The notes beneath the pieces are model-generated. The model saw nothing but the letters and a program-made list of their open reading frames with translations. It did not search any database and was not told where the DNA came from. A stretch of DNA of 64,000 nt from the human T2T-CHM13v2.0 reference genome, Homo sapiens. Position numbers and translations under genes: made by a program. Shown here in pieces: positions 1 through 11,700 of this stretch. The DNA lies in NCBI RefSeq assembly GCF_009914755.1, contig NC_060941.1; one strand, 5' to 3'. Every line of letters begins with the position of its first letter. Within the stretch, counting starts at the first letter, position 1.

Positions 1-332
1 TTGGAAACGGGATAAACTGCACAGAACTAAACAGAAGCATTCTCAGAACCTTCTTCGTGATGTCTGCATTCAACTCACAGTGTGGAACCTTTCTTTGATA
101 GTTCAGGTTTGAAACACTCTTTCTGTAGAAACTGCAAGGGGATAATTGCACTCTTTGAGGAGTACCGTAGTAAAGGAAATAACTTCCTATAAAAAGAAGA
201 CAGAAGCTTTCTCAGAAAATTCTTTGGGATGATTGAGTTGAACTCACAGAGCTGAGCATTCCTTGCGATGTAGCAGTTTAGAAACACACTTTCTGCAGAA
301 TCTGCAAGTGCATATTTGGACCTCTCTGAGGA

Positions 333-349
333 ATTCGTTGGAAACGGGA
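333..349 (+). promoter_or_regulatory. CENP-B box (intact; recurs every 2,715 bp; core mutated in U21)
   Basis: ATTCGTTGGAAACGGGA matches nTTCGnnnnAnnCGGGn. Confidence 0.92.
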
Positions 350-498
350 TAATTTCAGCTGACTAAACAGAAGCAGTCTCAGAATCTTCTTTGTGATGTT
401 TGCATTCAAATCCCCGAGTTGAACTTTCCTTTCAAAGTTCACGTTTGAAACACTCTTTTTGCAGGATCTACAAGTGGATATTTGGACCACTCTGTGTC

Positions 499-515
499 CT
501 TCGTTCGAAACGGGT
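499..515 (+). promoter_or_regulatory. CENP-B box (intact; recurs per HOR; core mutated in U24)
   Basis: CTTCGTTCGAAACGGGT matches the 9-base core. Confidence 0.92.
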
Positions 516-669
516 ATATCTTCACATGACATCTAGACAGAAGCATCCTCAGAAGCTTCTCTGTGATGACTGCATTCAACTCACGGAGTTGAACACTCCT
601 TTTGAGAGCGCAGTTTTGAAACTCTCTTTCTGTGGCATCTGCAAGGGGACATGTAGACCTCTTTGAAGA

Positions 670-686
670 TTTCGTTGGAAACGGAA
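670..686 (+). other. Degenerate CENP-B box, same in all copies read
   Basis: TTTCGTTGGAAACGGAA has CGGA in place of the core CGGG. Confidence 0.85.
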
Positions 687-1182
687 TCATCTTCACATAA
701 AAACTACACAGATGCATTCTCAGGAACTTTTTGGTGATGTTTGTATTCAACTCCCAGAGTTGAACTTTCCTTTGGAAAGAGCAGCTATGAAACACTCTTT
801 TTCTAGAATCTGCAAGTGGACGTTTGGAGGGCTTTGTGGTTTGTGGTGGAAAAGGAAATATCTTCACCTAAATACTAGATAGAAGCATTCTCAGAAACTG
901 CTTTGTGATGATTGCATTCACCTCACAGAGTTGAACATTCCTATTGATAGAGCAGTTTGGAAACACTCTTGTTGTGGAATGTGCAAGTGGAGATTTGGAG
1001 CGCTTTGAGGCCTATGGTAGTAAAGGGAATAGCTTCATAGAAAAACTAGACAGAAGCATTCTCAGAAAATACTTTGTGATGATTGAGTTTAACTCACAGA
1101 GCTGAACATTCCTTTGGATGGAGCAGGTTTGAGACACACTTTTTGTAGAATCTACAAGTGGATATTTGGACCTCTCTGAGGA

Positions 1183-1199
1183 TTTCGTTGGAAACGGGA
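1183..1199 (+). promoter_or_regulatory. CENP-B box, polymorphic among HOR copies (CGGG vs CGCG)
   Basis: TTTCGTTGGAAACGGGA here; TTTCGTTGGAAACGCGA in 12 of 24 copies. Confidence 0.92.
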
Positions 1200-1348
1200 T
1201 AACTGCACCTAACTAAACGGAAGCATTCTCAGAAACTTCTTGGTGATGTTTGCATTCAAATCCCAGAGTCGAACCTTCCTTTGATAGTTCAGGTTTGAAA
1301 CACTCTTTTTGTAGGATCTGCAAGTGGATATTTGGACCACTCTGTGGC

Positions 1349-1365
1349 CTTCGTTCGAAACGGGT
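1349..1365 (+). promoter_or_regulatory. CENP-B box (intact; recurs per HOR)
   Basis: CTTCGTTCGAAACGGGT. Confidence 0.92.
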
Positions 1366-1519
1366 ATATCTTCGCATAAAATCTAGACAGAAGCCTTCTC
1401 AGAAACTTCTCTGTGATGATTGCATTCAACTCACAGAGTTGAACCCTCCTATGGATAGAGCAGTGTTGAAACTCTCTTTTTGTGGAATCTGCAAGTGGAT
1501 ATGTGGACCTCTCCGAAGA

Positions 1520-1536
1520 TGTCTTTGGAAACGGGA
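1520..1536 (+). other. Degenerate CENP-B box, same in all copies read
   Basis: TGTCTTTGGAAACGGGA has GTCT in place of the core TTCG. Confidence 0.85.
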
Positions 1537-1862
1537 ATATCTTCACATAAAAACTAAACAGAAGCATTCTCAGAAACTTCTCTGTGATGTTTGTGTTCAA
1601 CTCCCAGAGTTTCACATTGCTTTTCATAGAGTAGTTCTGAAACATGCTTTTCGTAGTGTCTACAAGTGGACATTTGGAGCGCTTTCAGGCCTGTGGTGGA
1701 AAACGAATTATGGTCACATAAAAACTGGAGAGAAGCATTGTCAGAAACTTCTTTGTGATGATTGCATTCAACTCACAGAGTTGAAGGTTCCTTTTCAAAG
1801 AGCAGTTTCCAATCACTCTTTCTGTGGAATCTGCAAGTGGATATTTGGACCTATTTTGAAGA

Positions 1863-1879
1863 TTTCGTTGGAAACGGGA
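1863..1879 (+). promoter_or_regulatory. CENP-B box (intact; recurs per HOR; core mutated in U6)
   Basis: TTTCGTTGGAAACGGGA. Confidence 0.92.
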
Positions 1880-2033
1880 GAATCTTCACAGGAAAGCTAA
1901 ACAGAAGCATTCTCAGAAACTTCTTTGTGATGCTTGCATTCAACTCACAGAGTTGAACTTTCCTTTCGAGAGAGAAGCTTTGAAACACTCTTTTTCCAGA
2001 ATCTGCAAGTGGACATTTGGAGGGCTTTGAGGC

Positions 2034-2050
2034 CTGTGGTGGAAAAGGAA
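2034..2050 (+). other. A-type (pJalpha-like) box; related sites at 162, 841, 1012, 1691 and 2205 and at the same offsets in each HOR
   Basis: CTGTGGTGGAAAAGGAA sits at the monomer position where B-type monomers carry the CENP-B box. It resembles the A-type consensus CTAYGGTGRAAAAGGAA. Confidence 0.75.
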
Positions 2051-2375
2051 TTATCTTCCCGTAAAAGCTAGATAGAAGCATTCTCAGAAACTACTTTGTG
2101 ATGATTGCATTCAAGTCACAGAGTTGAACATTCCCTTTGACAGAGCAGTTTGGAAACTCTCTTTGTGTAGAATCTGCAAGTGGAGATATGGACCGCTTTG
2201 AGGCCTATGGTAGTAAAGGAAATAGCTTCATATAAAAGCTAGACAGTAGCATTCACAGAAAACTCTTGGTGACGACTGAGTTTAACTCACAGAGCTGAAC
2301 ATTCCTTTGGATGGAGCAGTTTCGAAACACACTATTTGTAGAATGTGCAAGTGGATATTTGGGCCTCTCTGAGGA

Positions 2376-2392
2376 TTTCGTTGGAAACGGGA
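2376..2392 (+). promoter_or_regulatory. CENP-B box, first of triplet
   Basis: TTTCGTTGGAAACGGGA. Confidence 0.92.
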
Positions 2393-2542
2393 TAAACCGC
2401 ACAGAACTAAACAGAAGCATTCTCAGAACCTTCTTCGTGATGTTTGCATTCAACTCACAGTGTTGAACCTTTCTTTGATAGTTCAGGTTTGAAACGGTCT
2501 TTCTGTAGAAACTGCAAGTAGATATTTGGACCTCTCTGAGGA

Positions 2543-2559
2543 TTTCGTTGGAAACGGGA
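2543..2559 (+). promoter_or_regulatory. CENP-B box, second of triplet
   Basis: TTTCGTTGGAAACGGGA. Confidence 0.92.
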
Positions 2560-2710
2560 TAACCCGCACAGAACTAAAACAGAAGCATTCTCAGAACCCT
2601 CTTCGTGATGTTTGCATTCAACTCACAGTGCTGAACCTTTCTTTGATAGTTCAGCTTTGAAACACTCTTTTTGTAGAAACTGCAAGTGGATATTTGGTCC
2701 TCTCTGAGCA

Positions 2711-2727
2711 TTTCGTTGGAAACGGGA
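2711..2727 (+). promoter_or_regulatory. CENP-B box, third of triplet
   Basis: TTTCGTTGGAAACGGGA. Confidence 0.92.
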
Positions 2728-5700
2728 TAAACTGCACAGAACTAAACAGAAGCATTCTCAGAACCTTCTTCGTGATGTCTGCATTCAACTCACAGTGTGG
2801 AACCTTTCTTTGATAGTTCAGGTTTGAAACACTCTTTTTGTAGAAACTGCAAGGGGATAATTGCACTCTTTGAGGAGTACCGTAGTAAAGGAAATAACTT
2901 CCTATAAAAAGAAGACAGAAGCTTTCTCAGAAAATTCTTTGGGATGATTGAGTTGAACTCACAGAGCTGAGCATTCCTTGCGATGTAGCAGTTTAGAAAC
3001 ACACTTTCTGCAGAATCTGCAAGTGCATATTTGGACCTCTGTGAGGAATTCGTTGGAAACGGGATAATTTCAGCTGACTAAACAGAAGCAGTCTCAGAAT
3101 CTTCTTTGTGATGTTTGCATTCAAATCCCCGAGTTGAACTTTCCTTTCAAAGTTCACGTTTGAAACACTCTTTTTGCAGGATCTACAAGTGGATATTTGG
3201 ACCACTCTGTGTCCTTCGTTCGAAACGGGTATATCTTCACATGAAATCTAGACAGAAGCATCCTCAGAAGCTTCTCTGTGATGACTGCATTCAACTCACG
3301 GAGTTGAACACTCCTTTTGAGAGCGCAGTTTTGAAACTCTCTTTCTGTGGCATCTGCAAGGGGACATGTAGACCTCTTTGAAGATTTCGTTGGAAACGGA
3401 ATCATCTTCACATAAAAACTATACAGATGCATTCTCAGGAACTTTTTGGTGATGTTTGTATTCAACTCCCAGAGTTGAACTTTCCTTTGGAAAGAGCAGC
3501 TATGAAACACTCTTTTTCTAGAATCTGCAAGTGGACGTTTGGAGGGCTTTGTGGTTTGTGGTGGAAAAGGAAATATCTTCACCTAAATACTAGATAGAAG
3601 CATTCTCAGAAACTGCTTTGTGATGATTGCATTCACCTCACAGAGTTGAACATTCCTATTGATAGAGCAGTTTGGAAACACTCTTGTTGTGGAATGTGCA
3701 AGTGGAGATTTGGAGCGCTTTGAGGCCTATGGTAGTAAAGGGAATAGCTTCATAGAAAAACTAGACAGAAGCATTCTCAGAAAATACTTTGTGATGATTG
3801 AGTTTAACTCACAGAGCTGAACATTCCTTTGGATGGAGCAGGTTTGAGACACACTTTTTGTAGAATCTACAAGTGGATATTTGGACCTCTCTGAGGATTT
3901 CGTTGGAAACGGGATAACTGCACCTAACTAAACGGAAGCATTCTCAGAAACTTCTTGGTGATGTTTGCATTCAAATCCCAGAGTCGAACCTTCCTTTGAT
4001 AGTTCAGGTTTGAAACACTCTTTTTGTAGGATCTGCAAGTGGATATTTGGACCACTCTGTGGCCTTCGTTCGAAACGGGTATATCTTCGCATAAAATCTA
4101 GACAGAAGCCTTCTCAGAAACTTCTCTGTGATGATTGCATTCAACTCACAGAGTTGAACCCTCCTATGGATAGAGCAGTGTTGAAACTCTCTTTTTGTGG
4201 AATCTGCAAGTGGATATGTGGACCTCTCCGAAGATGTCTTTGGAAACGGGAATATCTTCATATAAAAACTAAACAGAAGCATTCTCAGAAACTTCTCTGT
4301 GATGTTTGTGTTCAACTCCCAGAGTTTCACATTGCTTTTCATAGAGTAGTTCTGAAACATGCTTTTCGTAGTGTCTACAAGTGGACATTTGGAGCGCTTT
4401 CAGGCCTGTGGTGGAAAACGAATTATGGTCACATAAAAACTGGAGAGAAGCATTGTCAGAAACTTCTTTGTGATGATTGCATTCAACTCACAGAGTTGAA
4501 GGTTCCTTTTCAAAGAGCAGTTTCCAATCACTCTTTCTGTGGAATCTGCAAGTGGATATTTGGACCTATTTTGAAGATTTCGTTGGAAACGGGAGAATCT
4601 TCACAGGAAAGCTAAACAGAAGCATTCTCAGAAACTTCTTTGTGATGCTTGCATTCAACTCACAGAGTTGAACTTTCCTTTCGAGAGAGAAGCTTTGAAA
4701 CACTCTTTTTCCAGAATCTGCAAGTGGACATTTGGAGGGCTTTGAGGCCTGTGGTGGAAAAGGAATTATCTTCCCGTAAAAGCTAGATAGAAGCATTCTC
4801 AGAAACTACTTTGTGATGATTGCATTCAAGTCACAGAGTTGAACATTCCCTTTGACAGAGCAGTTTGGAAACTCTCTTTGTGTAGAATCTGCAAGTGGAG
4901 ATATGGACCGCTTTGAGGCCTATGGTAGTAAAGGAAATAGCTTCATATAAAAGCTAGACAGTAGCATTCACAGAAAACTCTTGGTGACGACTGAGTTTAA
5001 CTCACAGAGCTGAACATTCCTTTGGATGGAGCAGTTTCGAAACACACTATTTGTAGAATGTGCAAGTGGATATTTGGGCCTCTCTGAGGATTTCGTTGGA
5101 AACGGGATAAACCGCACAGAACTAAACAGAAGCATTCTCAGAACCTTCTTCGTGATGTTTGCATTCAACTCACAGTGTTGAACCTTTCTTTGATAGTTCA
5201 GGTTTGAAACGGTCTTTCTGTAGAAACTGCAAGTAGATATTTGGACCTCTCTGAGGATTTCGTTGGAAACGGGATAACCCGCACAGAACTAAAACAGAAG
5301 CATTCTCAGAACCCTCTTCGTGATGTTTGCATTCAACTCACAGTGCTGAACCTTTCTTTGATAGTTCAGCTTTGAAACACTCTTTTTGTAGAAACTGCAA
5401 GTGGATATTTGGTCCTCTCTGAGCATTTCGTTGGAAACGGGATAAACTGCACAGAACTAAACAGAAGCATTCTCAGAACCTTCTTCGTGATGTCTGCATT
5501 CAACTCACAGTGTGGAACCTTTCTTTGATAGTTCAGGTTTGAAACACTCTTTTTGTAGAAACTGCAAGGGGATAATTGCACTCTTTGAGGAGTACCGTAG
5601 TAAAGGAAATAACTTCCTATAAAAAGAAGACAGAAGCTTTCTCAGAAAATTCTTTGGGATGATTGAGTTGAACTCACAGAGCTGAGCATTCCTTGCGATG

Positions 5701-8700
5701 TAGCAGTTTAGAAACACACTTTCTGCAGAATCTGCAAGTGCATATTTGGACCTCTGTGAGGAATTCGTTGGAAACGGGATAATTTCAGCTGACTAAACAG
5801 AAGCAGTCTCAGAATCTTCTTTGTGATGTTTGCATTCAAATCCCCGAGTTGAACTTTCCTTTCAAAGTTCACGTTTGAAACACTCTTTTTGCAGGATCTA
5901 CAAGTGGATATTTGGACCACTCTGTGTCCTTCGTTCGAAACGGGTATATCTTCACATGACATCTAGACAGAAGCATCCTCAGAAGCTTCTCTGTGATGAC
6001 TGCATTCAACTCACGGAGTTGAACACTCCTTTTGAGAGCGCAGTTTTGAAACTCTCTTTCTGTGGCATCTGCAAGGGGACATGTAGACCTCTTTGAAGAT
6101 TTCGTTGGAAACGGAATCATCTTCACATAAAAACTATACAGATGCATTCTCAGGAACTTTTTGGTGATGTTTGTATTCAACTCCCAGAGTTGAACTTTCC
6201 TTTGGAAAGAGCAGCTATGAAACACTCTTTTTCTAGAATCTGCAAGTGGACGTTTGGAGGGCTTTGTGGTTTGTGGTGGAAAAGGAAATATCTTCACCTA
6301 AATACTAGATAGAAGCATTCTCAGAAACTGCTTTGTGATGATTGCATTCACCTCACAGAGTTGAACATTCCTATTGATAGAGCAGTTTGGAAACACTCTT
6401 GTTGTGGAATGTGCAAGTGGAGATTTGGAGCGCTTTGAGGCCTATGGTAGTAAAGGGAATAGCTTCATAGAAAAACTAGACAGAAGCATTCTCAGAATAT
6501 ACTTTGTGATGATTGAGTTTAACTCACAGAGCTGAACATTCCTTTGGATGGAGCAGGTTTGAGACACACTTTTTGTAGAATCTACAAGTGGATATTTGGA
6601 CCTCTCTGAGGATTTCGTTGGAAACGGGATAACTGCACCTAACTAAACGGAAGCATTCTCAGAAACTTCTTGGTGATGTTTGCATTCAAATCCCAGAGTT
6701 GAACCTTCCTTTGATAGTTCAGGTTTGAAACACTCTTTTTGTAGGATCTGCAAGTGGATATTTGGACCACTCTGTGGCCTTCGTTCGAAACGGGTATATC
6801 TTCGCATAAAATCTAGACAGAAGCCTTCTCAGAAACTTCTCTGTGATGATTGCATTCAACTCACAGAGTTGAACCCTCCTATGGATAGAGCAGTGTTGAA
6901 ACTCTCTTTTTGTGGAATCTGCAAGTGGATATGTGGACCTCTCCGAAGATGTCTTTGGAAACGGGAATATCTTCACATAAAAACTAAACAGAAGCATTCT
7001 CAGAAACTTCTCTGTGATGTTTGTGTTCAACTCCCAGAGTTTCACATTGCTTTTCATAGAGTAGTTCTGAAACATGCTTTTCGTAGTGTCTACAAGTGGA
7101 CATTTGGAGCGCTTTCAGGCCTGTGGTGGAAAACGAATTATGGTCACATAAAAACTGGAGAGAAGCATTGTCAGAAACTTCTTTGTGATGATTGCATTCA
7201 ACTCACAGAGTTGAAGGTTCCTTTTCAAAGAGCAGTTTCCAATCACTCTTTGTGTGGAATCTGCAAGTGGATATTTGGACCTATTTTGAAGATTTCGTTG
7301 GAAACGGGAGAATCTTCACAGGAAAGCTAAACAGAAGCATTCTCAGAAACTTCTTTGTGATGCTTGCATTCAACTCACAGAGTTGAACTTTCCTTTCGAG
7401 AGAGAAGCTTTGAAACACTCTTTTTCCAGAATCTGCAAGTGGACATTTGGAGGGCTTTGAGGCCTGTGGTGGAAAAGGAATTATCTTCCCGTAAAAGCTA
7501 GATAGAAGCATTCTCAGAAACTACTTTGTGATGATTGCATTCAAGTCACAGAGTTGAACATTCCCTTTGACAGAGCAGTTTGGAAACTCTCTTTGTGTAG
7601 AATCTGCAAGTGGAGATATGGACCGCTTTGAGGCCTATGGTAGTAAAGGAAATAGCTTCATATAAAAGCTAGACAGTAGCATTCACAGAAAACTCTTGGT
7701 GACGACTGAGTTTAACTCACAGAGCTGAACATTCCTTTGGATGGAGCAGTTTCGAAACACACTATTTGTAGAATGTGCAAGTGGATATTTGGGACTCTCT
7801 GAGGATTTCGTTGGAAACGGGATAAACCGCACAGAACTAAACAGAAGCATTCTCAGAACCTTCTTCGTGATGTTTGCATTCAACTCACAGTGTTGAACCT
7901 TTCTTTGATAGTTCAGGTTTGAAACGGTCTTTCTGTAGAAACTGCAAGTAGATATTTGGACCTCTCTGAGGATTTCGTTGGAAACGGGATAACCCGCACA
8001 GAACTAAAACAGAAGCATTCTCAGAACCCTCTTCGTGATGTTTGCATTCAACTCACAGTGCTGAAACTTTCTTTGATAGTTCAGCTTTGAAACACTCTTT
8101 TTGTAGAAACTGCAAGTGGATATTTGGTCCTCTCTGAGGATTTCGTTGGAAACGGGATAAACTGCACAGAACTAAACAGAAGCATTCTCAGAACCTTCTT
8201 CGTGATGTCTGCATTCAACTCACAGTGTGGAACCTTTCTTTGATAGTTCAGGTTTGAAACACTCTTTTTGTAGAAACTGCAAGGGGATAATTGCACTCTT
8301 TGAGGAGTACCGTAGTAAAGGAAATAACTTCCTATAAAAAGAAGACAGAAGCTTTCTCAGAAAATTTTTTGGGATGATTGAGTTGAACTCACAGAGCTGA
8401 GCATTCCTTGCGATGTAGCAGTTTAGAAACACACTTTCTGCAGAATCTGCAAGTGCATATTTGGACCTCTGTGAGGAATTCGTTGGAAACGGGATAATTT
8501 CAGCTGACTAAACAGAAGCAGTCTCAGAATCTTCTTTGTGATGTTTGCATTCAAATCCCCGAGTTGAACTTTCCTTTCAAAGTTCACGTTTGAAACACTC
8601 TTTTTGCAGGATCTACAAGTGGATATTTGGACCACTCTGTGTCCTTCGTTCGAAACGGGTATATCTGCACATGACATCTAGACAGAAGCATTCTCAGAAG

Positions 8701-11700
8701 CTTCTCTGTGATGACTGCATTCAACTCACGGAGTTGAACACTCCTTTTGAGAGCGCAGTTTTGAAACTCTCTTTCTGTGGCATCTGCAAGGGGACATGTA
8801 GACCTCTTTGAAGATTTCGTTGGAAACGGAATCATCTTCACATAAAAACTACACAGATGCATTCTCAGGAACTTTTTGGTGATGTTTGTATTCAACTCCC
8901 AGAGTTGAACTTTCCTTTGGAAAGAGCAGCTATGAAACACTCTTTTTCTAGAATCTGCAAGTGGACGTTTGGAGGGCTTTGTGGTTTGTGGTGGAAAAGG
9001 AAATATCTTCACCTAAATACTAGATAGAAGCATTCTCAGAAACTGCTTTGTGATGATTGCATTCACCTCACAGAGTTGAACATTCCTATTGATAGAGCAG
9101 TTTGGAAACACTCTTGTTGTGGAATGTGCAAGTGGAGATTTGGAGCGCTTTGAGGCCTATGGTAGTAAAGGGAATAGCTTCATAGAAAAACTAGACAGAA
9201 GCATTCTCAGAAAATACTTTGTGATGATTGAGTTTAACTCACAGAGCTGAACATTCCTTTGGATGGAGCAGGTTTGAGACACACTTTTTGTAGAATCTAC
9301 AAGTGGATATTTGGACCTCTCTGAGGATTTCGTTGGAAACGGGATAACTGCACCTAACTAAACGGAAGCATTCTCAGAAACTTCTTGGTGATGTTTGCAT
9401 TCAAATCCCAGAGTTGAACCTTCCTTTGATAGTTCAGGTTTGAAACACTCTTTTTGTAGGATCTGCAAGTGGATATTTGGACCACTCTGTGGCCTTCGTT
9501 CGAAACGGGTATATCTTCGCATAAAATCTAGACAGAAGCCTTCTCAGAAACTTCTCTGTGATGATTGCATTCAACTCACAGAGTTGAACCCTCCTATGGA
9601 TAGAGCAGTGTTGAAACTCTCTTTTTGTGGAATCTGCAAGTGGATATGTGGACCTCTGCGAAGATGTCTTTGGAAACGGGAATATCTTCACATAAAAACT
9701 AAACAGAAGCATTCTCAGAAACTTCTCTGTGATGTTTGTGTTCAACTCCCAGAGTTTCACATTGCTTTTCATAGAGTAGTTCTGAAACATGCTTTTCGTA
9801 GTGTCTACAAGTGGACATTTGGAGCGCTTTCAGGCCTGTGGTGGAAAACGAATTATGGTCACATAAAAACTGGAGAGAAGCATTGTCAGAAACTTCTTTG
9901 TGATGATTGCATTCAACTCACAGAGTTGAAGGTTCCTTTTCAAAGAGCAGTTTCCAATCACTCTTTGTGTGGAATCTGCAAGTGGATATTTGGACCTATT
10001 TTGAAGATTTCGTTGGAAACGGGAGAATCTTCACAGGAAAGCTAAACAGAAGCATTCTCAGAAACTTCTTTGTGATGCTTGCATTCAACTCACAGAGTTG
10101 AACTTTCCTTTCGAGAGAGAAGCTTTGAAACACTCTTTTTCCAGAATCTGCAAGTGGACATTTGGAGGGCTTTGAGGCCTGTGGTGGAAAAGGAATTATC
10201 TTCCCGTAAAAGCTAGATAGAAGCATTCTCAGAAACTACTTTGTGATGATTGCATTCAAGTCACAGAGTTGAACATTCCCTTTGACAGAGCAGTTTGGAA
10301 ACTCTCTTTGTGTAGAATCTGCAAGTGGAGATATGGACCGCTTTGAGGCCTATGGTAGTAAAGGAAATAGCTTCATATAAAAGCTAGACAGTAGCATTCA
10401 CAGAAAACTCTTGGTGACGACTGAGTTTAACTCACAGAGCTGAACATTCCTTTGGATGGAGCAGTTTCGAAACACACTATTTGTAGAATGTGCAAGTGGA
10501 TATTTGGGCCTCTCTGAGGATTTCGTTGGAAACGGGATAAACCGCACAGAACTAAACAGAAGCATTCTCAGAACCTTCTTCGTGATGTTTGCATTCAACT
10601 CACAGTGTTGAACCTTTCTTTGATAGTTCAGGTTTGAAACGGTCTTTCTGTAGAAACTGCAAGTAGATATTTGGACCTCTCTGAGGATTTCGTTGGAAAC
10701 GGGATAACCCGCACAGAACTAAAACAGAAGCATTCTCAGAACCCTCTTCGTGATGTTTGCATTCAACTCACAGTGCTGAAACTTTCTTTGATAGTTCAGC
10801 TTTGAAACACTCTTTTTGTAGAAACTGCAAGTGGATATTTGGTCCTCTCTGAGGATTTCGTTGGAAACGGGATAAACTGCACAGAACTAAACAGAAGCAT
10901 TCTCAGAACCTTCTTCGTGATGTCTGCATTCAACTCACAGTGTGGAACCTTTCTTTGATAGTTCAGGTTTGAAACACTCTTTTTGTAGAAACTGCAAGGG
11001 GATAATTGCACTCTTTGAGGAGTACCGTAGTAAAGGAAATAACTTCCTATAAAAAGAAGACAGAAGCTTTCTCAGAAAATTTTTTGGGATGATTGAGTTG
11101 AACTCACAGAGCTGAGCATTCCTTGCGATGTAGCAGTTTAGAAACACACTTTCTGCAGAATCTGCAAGTGCATATTTGGACCTCTGTGAGGAATTCGTTG
11201 GAAACGGGATAATTTCAGCTGACTAAACAGAAGCAGTCTCAGAATCTTCTTTGTGATGTTTGCATTCAAATCCCCGAGTTGAACTTTCCTTTCAAAGTTC
11301 ACGTTTGAAACACTCTTTTTGCAGGATCTACAAGTGGATATTTGGACCACTCTGTGTCCTTCGTTCGAAACGGGTATATCTTCACATGACATCTAGACAG
11401 AAGCATTCTCAGAAGCTTCTCTGTGATGACTGCATTCAACTCACGGAGTTGAACACTCCTTTTGAGAGCGCAGTTTTGAAACTCTCTTTCTGTGGCATCT
11501 GCAAGGGGACATGTAGACCTCTTTGAAGATTTCGTTGGAAACGGAATCATCTTCACATAAAAACTACACAGATGCATTCTCAGGAACTTTTTGGTGATGT
11601 TTGTATTCAACTCCCAGAGTTGAACTTTCCTTTGGAAAGAGCAGCTATGAAACACTCTTTTTCTAGAATCTGCAAGTGGACGTTTGGAGGGCTTTGTGGT

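Larger units (their letters stand above)
333..1182 (+). repeat. SF3 pentamer subunit (B-B-B-A-A, W1-W5-like), 850 bp, repeated imperfectly from 1183
   Basis: Monomers 850 bp apart are clearly paralogous, e.g. GGATATTTGGACCACTCTGTG(T/G)CCTTCGTTCGAAACGGGTATATCTTC around 476-523 and 1326-1373. The W labels are inferred from the known SF3 organisation. Confidence 0.85.
2376..2876 (+). repeat. Internal triplication of a short (166-168 bp) CENP-B-box monomer, present in every HOR
   Basis: Three adjacent near-identical monomers, each TTTCGTTGGAAACGGGATAA..GCACAGAACTAAA..CAGAAGCATTCTCAGAACC..CTTCGTGATG, start at 2376, 2543 and 2711. Confidence 0.9.
331..3045 (+). repeat. Representative HOR unit, EcoRI-phased (16 monomers, 2,715 bp)
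   Basis: GAATTC at 331, 3046, 5761, 8476 ... 62776 (331+2715k; absent at 27481). The 16 box positions start at 333, 499, 670, 841, 1012, 1183, 1349, 1520, 1691, 1863, 2034, 2205, 2376, 2543, 2711 and 2877. Confidence 0.97.

Noticed and set aside
1250-1900. 216-aa + strand ORF repeated in every HOR, with Cys/His-containing ~57-aa periodicity resembling a zinc-finger or repeat protein
   Set aside because: It begins at TTG, not ATG. The 57-aa period is simply 171 bp/3. I recognise no domain, and stop-free frames are common in alphoid DNA. Its conservation reflects HOR homogeneity.
291-2328. 10-bp palindromes TTCTGCAGAA (291), AGAAGCTTCT (551) and GTTTCGAAAC (2319) as cruciform or terminator elements
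   Set aside because: They are too short to support a stable structure claim, and short dyads are ordinary in alpha satellite. Enrichment was not computed.
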